Source: a virus
Taxonomy: Duplodnaviria > Heunggongvirae > Uroviricota > Caudoviricetes
Strand: one strand, 5' to 3'
Length of the DNA stretch: 64,000 nt
IMG/VR virus record: IMGVR_UViG_3300043436_004120
Span: 1-64,000 of that record
Shown: piece by piece, positions 54,542 to 63,930 of the stretch
How positions within the stretch are numbered: the stretch's first letter is position 1
How the letters are laid out: each line of letters opens with the position of its first letter
Notes under the pieces: model-generated
The model's database searches: none
Told to the model about the DNA's origin: nothing
Seen by the model: only the letters and a program-made list of their open reading frames with translations
Position numbers and translations under genes: made by a program

Positions 54542-55042
54542 TTATAAGGCAATACACTGCGCTAATACAACTGACTTGTATTCGCCCATTGGAAAAGATT
54601 TATTATAACCATACTGAGCTTTTGAAGTGGCGGCAAACCAAACGGTGCCTTGAACTGTTAAGTCAATTTCGGTTATGTTGCCATTGTACACACGTTTAGC
54701 ATTTGTGTACGCAGACATACTTGCATTTGTAATTTTGCTTACGTCAACACTACTAGTCCAAGTTACTGAATCCGCCAATGTTGGTGAAGTAGTAAAACTA
54801 TCTGGTGTAGTAATAATTGCTTTGTAGTATCCAGCTTGAATTACATCATAGCGAACTACAGCAGGTCGGCCGCCGTCAGCGGCAAATGTGCTAAGTATTT
54901 CTGGCGTTGGGTTGCCGTAAATACCTGGGGTATCTACGTTAATAATACATTTTGAGGTAACCATTCCACGAATAGGTATCTCGGTTGCACCAGCAGTAAA
55001 ACCAAGTGCTAGTGCGGCTGCCACGATAAGTTTTTTAATCAT
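54542..55042 (-). CDS. secreted protein (pilin/SCPU-like beta-rich protein?)
   Basis: Signal peptide, conserved Cys near both termini, Thr/Ser-rich beta-strand composition. Confidence 0.35.
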   Translation of the reverse strand: MIKKLIVAAALALGFTAGATEIPIRGMVTSKCIINVDTPGIYGNPTPEILSTFAADGGRPAVVRYDVIQAGYYKAIITTPDSFTTSPTLADSVTWTSSVDVSKITNASMSAYTNAKRVYNGNITEIDLTVQGTVWFAATSKAQYGYNKSFPMGEYKSVVLAQCIAL

Positions 55043-55051
55043 GTTAATTCC

Positions 55052-55903
55052 TTACTTTTTAATCATATACTGCAAATCAACTAGTTGATTGTGCAGACGT
55101 TCTTGGCTCATGTTAAGTCTACGACTATTACTGCTGTCTGGTAATTTTTTATCTGCGTACTGTAGTACGTCTTTGTAAACACCGCCAGGTATTTGTTGGC
55201 TATAAGCCACAAGCCCTGGCAGATTATTTAAAGCTTCAAAGGACTGAGCCAATCCTAAAGCTTGTGCTGTTAATAATGCATTTTTGGCTGTGTTGCTTGA
55301 TCTTGATCTAGCCTTGGCGTTACTGCTGGCTAGTACAAATTTTCTGGAATTTTCTTCCTCGATTGCATCAGGCATGTATTTTTTAACTTGGTAACTGCCA
55401 ACAACAAATTCGTCTTCGCTGTAGGCAAATATAGCACTGGATTTGTAGTTTGGGCAGCCGGGGTCAACCACAACTGCACTCTTACAAGTATCGTATGTGT
55501 AGTTGTAGAATAGGCTGTAGTCTACAACTTGTCCCACACCTTGTGTTGTAATTTCACCCGGACCCCACTGGGTACCCGGTATGTTATTAACTGGTACTGT
55601 TTTTGTTATAGTGTTACCAGGTACCCCTGTCCAGTCATCCTGTGTTCTGAAAACATAACCATTGCCAGTACTAGACAAATTTTGTACATTTACCACAAAT
55701 GGGTCTTGTGTTTGTTTTTGTGCAGTATACTGATAACTAACTGCTGTAACTGATAAACCTGTATATTTTGGTAATATGTTAGTCATTGTCCAGGTCAAAC
55801 CACCAGCGGTCGCATTGGCGGTTTGACCACGTACTACTTCAGAGTAAGAGTAAGAGCAGCAAGCTAATAAGGCCAGCGCCCCCAAAAAGTGTTTTAATTT
55901 CAT
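55052..55903 (-). CDS. secreted protein (283 aa)
   Basis: Signal peptide; Tyr/Thr-rich. Confidence 0.4.
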   Translation of the reverse strand: MKLKHFLGALALLACCSYSYSEVVRGQTANATAGGLTWTMTNILPKYTGLSVTAVSYQYTAQKQTQDPFVVNVQNLSSTGNGYVFRTQDDWTGVPGNTITKTVPVNNIPGTQWGPGEITTQGVGQVVDYSLFYNYTYDTCKSAVVVDPGCPNYKSSAIFAYSEDEFVVGSYQVKKYMPDAIEEENSRKFVLASSNAKARSRSSNTAKNALLTAQALGLAQSFEALNNLPGLVAYSQQIPGGVYKDVLQYADKKLPDSSNSRRLNMSQERLHNQLVDLQYMIKK

Positions 55904-56411
55904 TGCTTAGACCCTTGGGCTCTGGTTTATAGTCAGGCTGATCTGCTTTGTTTGCTTTCCAGGCTGCTTTGGCTTCTGCACCAATTGTTCCGTCGTACGG
56001 ACAAGGTGTGCCGGCTTGCATCATAGCATCAAACACACGGCGATCTTGACACAGGGTACTAACAGCTGCCACTTTCATGCCCATGTCATACAGTGTTTTT
56101 GATAGTTTTAATCTTTCACAGTTCATGTCACGAACTGTAGAGCCAGCACTAATACCCAAGATTTGAGTTTGCACAGCACCTGCAACACCCACTGTACACA
56201 AATCTGTGTTAGAAGTATTTATTGTAGGCGATATTGCACTTGCTGGCGGGGACTTAACTGTTGTTGTAGCATCAGATTTAGTGGTTACTACACTGTTTGT
56301 AACTATCTGATTATTTGCATCAGTTGTTGGCTGTTGCACTAGTTGTTGAGCATTACTTAGCCCAATTTGTAGTACTAGTGCAACGGGTAACAAATATTTT
56401 AAAAGGTGCAA
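55839..56411 (-). CDS. secreted Thr-rich protein
   Basis: Signal peptide; low-complexity T/S-rich N-terminal half. Confidence 0.4.
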   Translation of the reverse strand: MHLLKYLLPVALVLQIGLSNAQQLVQQPTTDANNQIVTNSVVTTKSDATTTVKSPPASAISPTINTSNTDLCTVGVAGAVQTQILGISAGSTVRDMNCERLKLSKTLYDMGMKVAAVSTLCQDRRVFDAMMQAGTPCPYDGTIGAEAKAAWKANKADQPDYKPEPKGLSNEIKTLFGGAGLISLLLLLLL

Positions 56412-56412
56412 C

Positions 56413-57039
56413 TTAGGCTCCTAACACGTGTAGTGCGTGATTATAATGTTTGATGCGGTCGTCTAAGCCAATGGTGCCCCCATTAATACGTTTGGTTAGG
56501 GTTACAATATCGCCTTTATCGGCCCAGGTATTTAACTTATTTGTTTCCCAAAACCAGCAGGCACTCTGTGCAGCACCTTCAAACGTTTCTAGATATTCAG
56601 CGGCTTCTTCAACTGTTATATCTAAACTAGCTGCAAACCAAGTATAATTATCTTTGCCAGTTAACTGAATTAGTCCTTTGCCAGCAAAACGCCACCCATC
56701 GCCACTTTCAGGAGGTCCATTACCCATGCGATTTGCATATACTAAGTTAGCTATTGCTTGTTGCTTGTTTGGCTTTGAAGCGTACTGCTGTGCAAACTCG
56801 TCAGTGGGAAAATACTTTGGAAAAATTTTACGCAGTGTTTGCCACTTGTAATTTAAATTTTCGCGTAACGCAGTAAAGTTTCCTGACTCGTGTGCACACT
56901 GTGCAATAAAAGCAGCAATACGTTGTGGCGTATTGATCTCATAGTCGGGTAATAGTTGGCTTAATGCTGTATGCCACTGCTGCGTATGCGGATTTTTGGG
57001 AATTAACTGTTGTAGTTGCTGGAGGGTTAGTTGAGTCAT
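56413..57039 (-). CDS. endolysin, glycoside hydrolase family 19 (chitinase-like lysozyme)
   Basis: AAFIAQCAHESGNFTALRENLNYK matches the GH19 catalytic motif (FLAQxSHETxG); adjacent to the spanin pair. Confidence 0.7.
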   Translation of the reverse strand: MTQLTLQQLQQLIPKNPHTQQWHTALSQLLPDYEINTPQRIAAFIAQCAHESGNFTALRENLNYKWQTLRKIFPKYFPTDEFAQQYASKPNKQQAIANLVYANRMGNGPPESGDGWRFAGKGLIQLTGKDNYTWFAASLDITVEEAAEYLETFEGAAQSACWFWETNKLNTWADKGDIVTLTKRINGGTIGLDDRIKHYNHALHVLGA

Positions 57040-57302
57040 CGTAGCCTTTCAAATAAGACTTTTTGTTCTTGGTACCATTTTTGCCAAGCTTCTAACTTAA
57101 TCGCGCACTGATAGTACAGGGTATAGTTATTGCTTACTATAGTAGCAACTTGAGAAAGTTGTGGATTATCGGGCAGGCGCTCTAGGGAAGGGCAGGGCTC
57201 CTGCACTAATTGACCTGGTGATTCAGGCCACTTTGTGGTTACAGGTACTACCGTGCTGCAACCGGCTAAAACAACGGAAAGTGCCAATACTAGTGCTTTC
57301 AT
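57036..57302 (-). CDS. o-spanin (Rz1-like outer-membrane lipoprotein)
   Basis: Lipobox VLAGC, Pro-rich mature region, 88 aa, immediately downstream of and overlapping the i-spanin gene. Confidence 0.55.
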   Translation of the reverse strand: MKALVLALSVVLAGCSTVVPVTTKWPESPGQLVQEPCPSLERLPDNPQLSQVATIVSNNYTLYYQCAIKLEAWQKWYQEQKVLFERLR

Positions 57303-57718
57303 TTTGGTATCTCCGCTGCGGCGTTGTGTGCTCGTACAAATTCAGGAGGAATATAGCAACCAGCATCGTGTTTGGTTACTTCTCGCGTTATATACTCTAC
57401 TGTGTTTGCACCACGTTGTTTTACTATTTGAGTTTTGTAAATAACTCGTTCTTTTATTTCAGTATTAACTACCTGAGATTGTTGAGTTAATTCAGCAACT
57501 TTTGCTTCTAATTCCCTTGCTGCCTGCTTCCAGGTATTGTCGCTGTATAGCATACCCAAAATAAAAATACTTATTGCTATGGTAGTACCACCAACTATTT
57601 TTAATAGTAAAGCATAAGGTTTTAGCAGAGGCAACCAAGAAGCTAACGCAGCAAATATTCCGCTAAAAAGCATTATCCACCACAACCATTGTGGAAAAAA
57701 TTTAAAAAACCAAAACAT
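57299..57718 (-). CDS. i-spanin (Rz-like) or holin-like membrane protein
   Basis: N-terminal TM segment(s), then periplasmic coiled coil (AARELEAKVAELTQQSQVVNTEIKER). Confidence 0.5.
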   Translation of the reverse strand: MFWFFKFFPQWLWWIMLFSGIFAALASWLPLLKPYALLLKIVGGTTIAISIFILGMLYSDNTWKQAARELEAKVAELTQQSQVVNTEIKERVIYKTQIVKQRGANTVEYITREVTKHDAGCYIPPEFVRAHNAAAEIPK

Positions 57719-57721
57719 TTT

Positions 57722-58441
57722 TTATTGTACCTTTAGGTTAGGATAATATCTAGCTAACAGCTCTTTGTGTATTAATATATCAATATTTCTATTTACAGAA
57801 TTTTTTACTCTGAAATGATCTACTGCTGCGCTTACATTATCTAGCTCGTCCTTGAAACTGTCGATGGTTACATTTTCTAAGTATTTTACCGAGTTTATAC
57901 CATCTAGTATATCTGCGTTGCAAGTCTCGGTAAAAAATTCGCTAAGAATTCTGTCTTCTGGTAGGTACTTACCGTTATGTGTAAGATATACCTTTTCTGG
58001 CTGATCTAGTAATTGGTCTATAAGGTTTTTTGATATTACCATATCAGATCCAACTACATATTTAGGTGAAAAATATCCTATTCTTCCAGTTATAGTGTTT
58101 AACCTAGGTAACGTACTAAGTCTACTTAATAACTTATCAAACACCCAAAAAGTACTAATATTAGTCCTTACTAAGTAATCGTATGTGTGTTTAGAATCTA
58201 TATGTTGTAGTGCCTGTACTACTTTTTTTGCAGGATGTGGTTGTATAACAGACTCTATTAAATTTTCGTACACTAAATCATAGTCTTGTGGAACGAAGGT
58301 TACTTTGCCGGCATAAACAAAGTATACTTTTATATCTGTGCTGCTTTGTATATACTTAACATATAAATTTTTAAGCTCATTGTACAGTAGGCTTTCGGAC
58401 GCTAACACTAACAATACAGCTTTATAGTAGGTTTTTTCCAT
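57722..58441 (-). CDS. paralog 3 of a tandem triplicated glycosyltransferase-like family
   Basis: MxKxYYKAVLLVLAS N-terminus, YPGM, DYLVRTNISTFW and HFRVKN motifs shared with the two upstream paralogs. Confidence 0.45.
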   Translation of the reverse strand: MEKTYYKAVLLVLASESLLYNELKNLYVKYIQSSTDIKVYFVYAGKVTFVPQDYDLVYENLIESVIQPHPAKKVVQALQHIDSKHTYDYLVRTNISTFWVFDKLLSRLSTLPRLNTITGRIGYFSPKYVVGSDMVISKNLIDQLLDQPEKVYLTHNGKYLPEDRILSEFFTETCNADILDGINSVKYLENVTIDSFKDELDNVSAAVDHFRVKNSVNRNIDILIHKELLARYYPNLKVQ

Positions 58442-59147
58442 AGTAGTGATTTAATAAAAATTTTGCTATGTATATGTCTTGATGCCTTAAATCTTTTACA
58501 CTTTTTATTCTGTAGTGGTCAATACCACTATCACGACTTACTAAGTTAACCAAGTCACTGTTACTTACTGTTTTATTATTTTCCAATATACCAATTGATC
58601 TGTATTTATTGTGTTCTACTACTACGCCAGAGTTTCTCAAAGAGTTAGATAGGGCGTAGTCTTCAGGATAATCTATATCAAGTATATCAGTGTCTGTAAG
58701 TAGCTTATAAGCTGCATCACTAGACATAACAAGACTAGTTCCTGAAATATAGTCAGGTAGCTTAATATTCTTATGTTTACAGGCTCTAAAAGGTCCTGTG
58801 GCGTAGTTATATTTTGGCAAGGATTCTAACCTTTGGAGTAGTCTGTCAAATATCCAAAAAGTGCTAATATTTGTTCTAATAATATAATCACAAGTAAGAT
58901 TATTTTGTACCCAATTAATAGCAGATAGTGTTTTACACACCATACCTGGATAATATGTTTCAGGTATGTCAAATACCAGTTCCGAACTAACGTCTGAATT
59001 TTTACACGTCTTATTTCCGAATACAAAAAATACCTTAATGTCAGAATTAACATTAAGGTATTGATCGTATATGTTTTTAAATTGACGATATATTTCAGTA
59101 TTATCAGAAGCCAGTACCAGCAATACTGCTTTATAGTGCTTTTTCAT
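58422..59147 (-). CDS. paralog 2 of the triplicated glycosyltransferase-like family
   Basis: MKKHYKAVLLVLAS, YYPGM, CDYIIRTNISTFW, HYRIKS. Confidence 0.45.
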   Translation of the reverse strand: MKKHYKAVLLVLASDNTEIYRQFKNIYDQYLNVNSDIKVFFVFGNKTCKNSDVSSELVFDIPETYYPGMVCKTLSAINWVQNNLTCDYIIRTNISTFWIFDRLLQRLESLPKYNYATGPFRACKHKNIKLPDYISGTSLVMSSDAAYKLLTDTDILDIDYPEDYALSNSLRNSGVVVEHNKYRSIGILENNKTVSNSDLVNLVSRDSGIDHYRIKSVKDLRHQDIYIAKFLLNHYYGKNLL

Positions 59148-59937
59148 AAATGTCTAAGAGTAGCCTAGATAGTACTTGTTTATCAACAGATCTATTGGTG
59201 TAATTTTTTATTCTAAAATGATTAAGATTATTAGCAAGTTGGTGGTCTCGTATAGCCAAATACTTTTGTTCGCTAAACTCAGTTAACATACCATTTTTTG
59301 CTTCTTGCGGACTAGGGATCATGCTCATAAAAGAAGCAGTGTTAGAAACAAAATGTGAATCCATTGAAACTTCAGCATATTTTTTAATTGCAGCATTTAA
59401 CGCAACGTCTTCTAAGTCAAGATAAACTTTGCTTTGTAGAATTTCGTTTGAAAAAGGTAAGATCTTTTTAACTATATCCTTACTTATTAACAAGTCAAAA
59501 CCGGCTACATAATCCAAAGCTTTATCTTTTATTACTATACGAGTACCTGTAACACAGGTAGGCGGCAGAATATTTAAATGTTCTACTAACCTATTAAAGT
59601 CCCAGAAGGTACTAAGATTAGTTCTTATTAGGTAGTCATAACTATAGTTAGTATCAATATGCTCAATAGCTCTAATAGTCTTAGCAAGCATGCCGGGATA
59701 GTATTTTTCTGGTATATCTTCGTATACTAAATCGTAATTGTGTTTATCAAAAGTAGTACCAGCACCATAAACAAACAATACTTTTATATCTGAGTGTTCA
59801 AACATATATGCTTCATACACAGACTTCATAAATGGATAAAGCGGCCAACTATCTTTTTGTGCTTTTTGAAAAACTGACTCAATTGGAACATCTTCAGATG
59901 CTAATACTAACAGTATTGCTTTATAGTGCTTTTTCAT
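59131..59937 (-). CDS. paralog 1 of the triplicated glycosyltransferase-like family
   Basis: MKKHYKAILLVLAS, YYPGM, YDYLIRTNLSTFW, HFRIKN. Confidence 0.45.
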   Translation of the reverse strand: MKKHYKAILLVLASEDVPIESVFQKAQKDSWPLYPFMKSVYEAYMFEHSDIKVLFVYGAGTTFDKHNYDLVYEDIPEKYYPGMLAKTIRAIEHIDTNYSYDYLIRTNLSTFWDFNRLVEHLNILPPTCVTGTRIVIKDKALDYVAGFDLLISKDIVKKILPFSNEILQSKVYLDLEDVALNAAIKKYAEVSMDSHFVSNTASFMSMIPSPQEAKNGMLTEFSEQKYLAIRDHQLANNLNHFRIKNYTNRSVDKQVLSRLLLDIYEKAL

Positions 59938-59944
59938 GTACTAA

Positions 59945-61138
59945 CTACTCTAATAAAATACTTGGATAGTATCTAAGAATAGTAGCAGTTTCGCAACTAG
60001 CAAGCGCTTTTTCTTTTATTTCTGTATAAAAGTTCCAGGCTAGTGGTATTACTACTAGTGGTCGGGTATCTTTAGCTAACTGTGTTGGGGGCACTATGGG
60101 TATATTTGTACCCGGTGTAAGCAATCCTTGTTTTAGCGGATTATCTTCTACTATGTAGTCCAAAGATATTTTACTGTAGTTTAAAAAGGTATTTGATTTG
60201 GCGGCGGCGCCATAACCTATTACGGCGTATCCGGATGCTTTCAAGGATTCGACCATAGATACCACAGCCGAAGTTACCGCAGACACTTTAGCAGAAAACT
60301 TTTCAACAACTTGTTTGGTAACTTCCGGAAATTTACTCAAGCACATTTCAGTACCATGTTTGCGCAAAACAAAAATATAACTAGTGCCGTGTATACTAGG
60401 CATTTGTATATCAACTAGTTTTAAACCTGCACTACGAGCAAGAGCCTGCATAGACTTAGGACTGAAAAAAGATAAGTGTTCGTGGTATACAGTATCAAAC
60501 TCGCCATTAAATATCATATTGGCTTGTGAGGTTTGAATAAATATAGCGCCTGTGTTTGACAAACAGCTGGCACTATATTGTAAAAAATCTTTGGTATAGG
60601 CAAGGTGTGCAAATACATTTTGTGCAACGATAACATCAAACTCAACACCAAAACTTTTGATGTTGTCTGCGGTAAGATAATCACATATAATATTGCCTTG
60701 CCTAGAACTCAAATCTAATAAATTTTCCGCAGGGTCTATGCCAAAAGTCTTATAGCCTTTTTGTTTATAAAACTCTAGCTGAGAACCGTCGTTACATGCA
60801 ATATCTAGTACGTTTGTAATTTTTGGTACGTAGGTTTCTGTTATACCAACAAAGTCTGAGAAATGTTGTTTTCCAGTACTGGTAGTACCTGAAACGTATA
60901 AGTAATTTTTAAATAACTCATCTGGATCTACGCTAACAGTTAGCTGAACATGAGTACATTCTTCACAGTATTGTAACTCTAGTGGATATGTGTTTTCTTG
61001 TTGTGGTTGTTTTACATAACTGTTGGCAAGGGGCTGATTGCCTAAGTCTAAAAATTTTGTAAGATGTTTGCCGCCACAAGCTAGGCAACTTGTTATGTGT
61101 GTGTATTTTAAAGCCATTGTTTGTTTTCTAAAGTCCAC
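59945..61138 (-). CDS. NDP-hexose C-methyltransferase-like (N-terminal zinc-binding domain + SAM MTase + C-terminal domain)
   Basis: CLACGG...CEEC zinc cluster (Methyltransf_13-like), class I MTase core, TylC3-like C-terminal domain. Confidence 0.6.
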   Translation of the reverse strand: MDFRKQTMALKYTHITSCLACGGKHLTKFLDLGNQPLANSYVKQPQQENTYPLELQYCEECTHVQLTVSVDPDELFKNYLYVSGTTSTGKQHFSDFVGITETYVPKITNVLDIACNDGSQLEFYKQKGYKTFGIDPAENLLDLSSRQGNIICDYLTADNIKSFGVEFDVIVAQNVFAHLAYTKDFLQYSASCLSNTGAIFIQTSQANMIFNGEFDTVYHEHLSFFSPKSMQALARSAGLKLVDIQMPSIHGTSYIFVLRKHGTEMCLSKFPEVTKQVVEKFSAKVSAVTSAVVSMVESLKASGYAVIGYGAAAKSNTFLNYSKISLDYIVEDNPLKQGLLTPGTNIPIVPPTQLAKDTRPLVVIPLAWNFYTEIKEKALASCETATILRYYPSILLE

Positions 61139-62211
61139 TCTACAACTTGTTTAATTCTAGTATTGAAGTCATATTTTGGCTCCCAGCCGAGACTTTTCAT
61201 ATACTCTCCGCTAAGGCTGTAACGGAAATCGTGTCCAGGGCGTTGCTGGTCATAACTTACTAGTTTATAGTTAAGTTCTCGGCCTACAATTTCTGCAACT
61301 TTTTCTGCTACATAAAGATTACTGTGTTCTGCTTGTCCTACAATATTAAATTTGGGGCAAGTAAAGTCTTTGATATACTTGGGAAATGGAAAGCCTTTGT
61401 GTGGCAAATCCATAATAAACATAGTAGCATCAGCAACATCTGCTGCATGAATCCAGTGACGCAATCCGGATTTAGTACCAGTTTCTGCATCAGCATGAAT
61501 CAGTACTTCTTGGTTGGCTAGTAGTTTATTGATTACTAAACCGATAAATTTTTCGTTTAACTGGCGTTCGCCAAAAACGTTCATTGTATGTGTACAGTAT
61601 ATAGGCATACCGTATGTGTTTTCATATGCTACACATAATTCTTCTGCACCTGCTTTTGTTGCAGAATAGGGGCTACGACTATTGTATCTGGAGTATTCGT
61701 AAAAATCTATGCCTTCTGGTGCAGAGCCAAATACTTCATCAGTGCCAAAGTTAATGAACTTTTGCAAATTGGGTAAGTATTTGCGTGCATACTCCAACAA
61801 GTTACAAGTGCCCACAACATTGTCTTGTACAAACAACATAGGATTTTCAATGGATCGGTTCACGTGACTTCCAGCAGCCATGTGAATTATGTAATCAACA
61901 TTGCCAAGTTGTTGTGCTAGTCCGGGATTTATTTCTGCGCGTAAGTCGTGATATACAACCCGTAAACGCTTTAAGGTGTCTTTTGAAAATTCGCCAGAAA
62001 GTTCTGCTAATCTATTTAAGTTGCCAGAAAAGTCTAGTCTGTCTAGGGATATTACCCTGTATTCTGGATGCTTTAATAAGCGACGTATCATGTGGTGCCC
62101 AATAAATCCAGCACCACCAGTAACCAAAACTGTTTTAATATGAGTATTTTCCATTAAATAGAACGCTGATTTTTGTTGTTGAATATTTTTTAAGTAACTG
62201 AACCCACTCAT
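61108..62211 (-). CDS. rfbB: NDP-sugar 4,6-dehydratase (RfbB/SDR extended family)
   Basis: VLVTGGAGFIGHH Rossmann motif, YSATKAGAEE catalytic YxxxK, dehydratase-like C-terminal half. Confidence 0.7.
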   Translation of the reverse strand: MSGFSYLKNIQQQKSAFYLMENTHIKTVLVTGGAGFIGHHMIRRLLKHPEYRVISLDRLDFSGNLNRLAELSGEFSKDTLKRLRVVYHDLRAEINPGLAQQLGNVDYIIHMAAGSHVNRSIENPMLFVQDNVVGTCNLLEYARKYLPNLQKFINFGTDEVFGSAPEGIDFYEYSRYNSRSPYSATKAGAEELCVAYENTYGMPIYCTHTMNVFGERQLNEKFIGLVINKLLANQEVLIHADAETGTKSGLRHWIHAADVADATMFIMDLPHKGFPFPKYIKDFTCPKFNIVGQAEHSNLYVAEKVAEIVGRELNYKLVSYDQQRPGHDFRYSLSGEYMKSLGWEPKYDFNTRIKQVVEWTLENKQWL

Positions 62212-62716
62212 CCGGCGATTTTATGTTTATGTGCATGTTTTCGCCAGATAAAAAAGAGTTATTTGAAGGCGAAGTGCTAACCGAAAACATTAGCGTACCT
62301 CCGGTATCTACATAACTGCTTGCCTCGTTAATAAAGCTTTGTAACTCAGAATCTGGTATATGCTCTAGTACGTCCGAACAAACTACTAAGTCAAATTTTG
62401 TAGTTGGCTTTTTGCTGTATATATCCACAGCAGGATCATACCTATAAAAGCCTTGAACTTTCTCACCTAAAACCGTCATCAAAGATTTGGTTTTGTTTAC
62501 AAGTGTATGCTTATGCCAGTGAATAGCAGTACCGCAGCCAAAGTCCAGTATGGTAACTGACTTTTTATCTGCAATAATGGCAAGTATAGTGTCTATTAAG
62601 CTACGAATACCACCACCATCAAAAGCAGCATAGTCTTTTAATGTAATTTCTTGGCCTTTTCGTATAAACTTGCCACCTTCAAAAATGGACTTATATTCTT
62701 GTATGTAAGACTTCAT
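62135..62716 (-). CDS. class I SAM-dependent methyltransferase
   Basis: ILDFGCGTAIH motif I and VVCSDVLEHIPD post-II region. Confidence 0.55.
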   Translation of the reverse strand: MKSYIQEYKSIFEGGKFIRKGQEITLKDYAAFDGGGIRSLIDTILAIIADKKSVTILDFGCGTAIHWHKHTLVNKTKSLMTVLGEKVQGFYRYDPAVDIYSKKPTTKFDLVVCSDVLEHIPDSELQSFINEASSYVDTGGTLMFSVSTSPSNNSFLSGENMHINIKSPDEWVQLLKKYSTTKISVLFNGKYSY

Positions 62717-63234
62717 TTATTTTCTAGTTTGCGTTTTAAGGCTTCTATTTCCTGTTGCTGTGCTTTTGCAACTTCAATTAACAGCGGGATAATTCGTGGG
62801 TAGTTTACGGTTAGGTAATTTTGCCCTGATTTTGAGCCGCCGGCATCTGCACGATCAAATGGAGCCAATTCAACAGCATCAGGTATTACACGTAATATTT
62901 CTTGAGCTTTTACACCGTGCTCGTGCACGTTAATATAGTTAAATCCAAGTTCTTGGCAAAGTTCTTGATCCCAATCAAATTCATATCCATTTATTAAAGA
63001 TAGTTTACCTATTGGATCTTGTATCTTAATAAAGTTCTTTTTAAGCCTTTGATCTGAAGAATATGCAGTAATATTAGAAGAAGCCGCTATAGTACCTGCA
63101 GACCCCTCGTTAACGCCTACACCCAGCGCGTTAAATCTTACGCCAGACCCAGTACCTAGCCCGCTGAAGTTGTTGTCTAATTGAGTGTGCGATAGAGTAC
63201 TTCCGGCACTTCTTAGTGTAAAGCTTTGTGGCAT
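62713..63234 (-). CDS. short fibre-like protein with a peptidase S74 intramolecular-chaperone (CIMCD) domain
   Basis: SSDQRLKKNFIKIQDPIGKLSLINGYEFDWDQE matches the S74 chaperone-of-endosialidase motif (SDxRLKxNI...L..L....Y.W); Gly-rich N-terminal stalk. Confidence 0.6.
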   Translation of the reverse strand: MPQSFTLRSAGSTLSHTQLDNNFSGLGTGSGVRFNALGVGVNEGSAGTIAASSNITAYSSDQRLKKNFIKIQDPIGKLSLINGYEFDWDQELCQELGFNYINVHEHGVKAQEILRVIPDAVELAPFDRADAGGSKSGQNYLTVNYPRIIPLLIEVAKAQQQEIEALKRKLENK

Positions 63235-63246
63235 ATATACCCTTTA

Positions 63247-63930
63247 TTATTTATAAACGTACTTATCCTTGTATTTAGCACGTTCAGTTGTAGTATAGTC
63301 CAAATAAGCATCTACTTTTGCCCGCCAGTCTACATCGACTTCGGGATTAATAATACCAGATTTAGGACTACTCAATGCTCGATTTACCCACGATTTAGGG
63401 TCTTGTTGAGTAAATAGAAACTTATTTACATGGTAAAAGCTACCTTGCTCTACCTTATTATATGAATCAATAGGCTCTATTGTTTTGTCAAGACATACGG
63501 CGTACACAGCGGACTCACTCATATGAGAAGTATAAACTACTTCGGTTTCGTCCGCCAGGAGCAGCTTATACATATCAGCGTCTCGCTCTGTTACATTGGT
63601 GCTGCCAAATAAGTCTTTTAGCTCACCAATTAACTGATGTGTAGTTAGTGGATGTGGTTTAAACCAAACCTCATCTTCGTGCTTATCTTTAATCCACTGT
63701 AGTTTATTTAAGCAAATTCTTTCTTTTAATTTATTAGAACCTACTAAAATAACTAGTGCCTCTCTTGGAGTGTATTCTTGCACTTTGTCAATGTGTTCAT
63801 ACTTATTGGAGTTACGATTAGTGACTCTATCTTTAAAGTATTCTACATAATCGACCTGTGTGGCTGTTGTATCATTATAAGCATCCAACATTTGTTGGAT
63901 TCGTAATTCTTGTTGCAATGGGTGCATCAT
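63247..63930 (-). CDS. hypothetical protein
   Basis: 227 aa ORF upstream of the S74-domain gene. Confidence 0.45.
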   Translation of the reverse strand: MMHPLQQELRIQQMLDAYNDTTATQVDYVEYFKDRVTNRNSNKYEHIDKVQEYTPREALVILVGSNKLKERICLNKLQWIKDKHEDEVWFKPHPLTTHQLIGELKDLFGSTNVTERDADMYKLLLADETEVVYTSHMSESAVYAVCLDKTIEPIDSYNKVEQGSFYHVNKFLFTQQDPKSWVNRALSSPKSGIINPEVDVDWRAKVDAYLDYTTTERAKYKDKYVYK

